Source: Nitrospirota bacterium (GTDB taxonomy: Bacteria; Nitrospirota; UBA9217). From it: DNA of 64,000 nucleotides. Where the stretch lies: positions 96,001 to 160,000 of the forward strand of contig CAWJQQ010000005.1 in assembly GCA_963845065.1 (NCBI GenBank), read 5' to 3'. The first letter of the stretch is position 1, and each line of letters begins with the position of its first letter. A program made the translations under genes and the position numbers. This document shows positions 63,628 to 64,000 of this stretch, piece after piece. A model generated the notes under the pieces. It searched no databases, was not told the DNA's origin, and saw only the letters and a program-made list of their open reading frames with translations.

Positions 63628-64000
63628 ATGAAAAAAGATAAAGTACTTCCAACACCGCCAAAAATGGCATTCGGAAGAAAGAGGCCGTCGGAACAACCTG
63701 ATGATCAGAGCGGACTTATAGCAGACCGCATGGCAGCAGCAATGGCAGAAGGAAAGATTGAAGAATTTTTGAAGCAGGAAATACCGGATAATGAATTTGC
63801 GAAAAATCTGGTAAACATGATGATGGGTATGACGGGAATGATGCCCATTGGAGACCACACCACGGCCCCACAGTCTCATGTGAAGGAGCAGCAGCCCAAG
63901 TCCTCCGAGAAAAAGACTATGGAGCAGATATCGCCTTCAGCAGTAGTACCAGAGGATGTACAAAAGGCAATCACCAACGGAGATGTCAAGGGTCTCAAGG
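63628..64000 (+). CDS. Hypothetical protein, running off the window end
   Basis: AAGGA RBS, then MKKDKVLPTPPKMAFGRKR...ADRMAAAMAEGKIEEFLKQE..., open to 64000. Confidence 0.65.
   Translation, partial: MKKDKVLPTPPKMAFGRKRPSEQPDDQSGLIADRMAAAMAEGKIEEFLKQEIPDNEFAKNLVNMMMGMTGMMPIGDHTTAPQSHVKEQQPKSSEKKTMEQISPSAVVPEDVQKAITNGDVKGLK

Overview
A 64 kb bacterial chromosome segment spanning the replication-origin region. Gene content (porCDAB, mglBA, hopanoid genes, heme-c sensor kinase) best fits a Nitrospirota or Desulfobacterota-like anaerobe; this taxonomy is inference. The left half (1-32.4 kb) is an IS-riddled accessory region ending at the 3' end of tRNA-Asn. It holds a hopanoid cluster (idi, shc, hpnA, hpnH, a CruF-like gene, a START protein), a decayed sigma54-type sulfur module (YeiH transporter, Cys-rich protein, rhodanese), a CxxCH/PAS LytS-type kinase with a LytTR regulator and an FGE-fold gene, a hyaluronan-synthase-like GT2, an orphan lpxD, and IS256, IS1595 and IS3 elements. 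It also holds a tyrosine-recombinase/IS91-like element and an inverted deleted copy of it, which together bracket an AI-2E transporter. The right half is core genome: mglAB, porCDAB, recR-ybaB-dnaX, ffs, four tRNA-Ser plus tRNA-Arg(ACG)/tadA, serS, gyrAB, dnaN, dnaA and rpmH-rnpA-yidD-yidC. Most notable: (1) a Bacillus-type origin unwinding module (DnaA boxes, GC spacer, DnaA-trios, AT run) about 4.2 kb upstream of dnaA with an intact IS1380 beside it; (2) the Int/IS91-like element with symmetric CTTG ends and a conserved attC-like hairpin; (3) the heme-c LytS/LytTR/FGE module with visible LytTR-type repeats. All calls come from reading motifs by eye; no searches were run.
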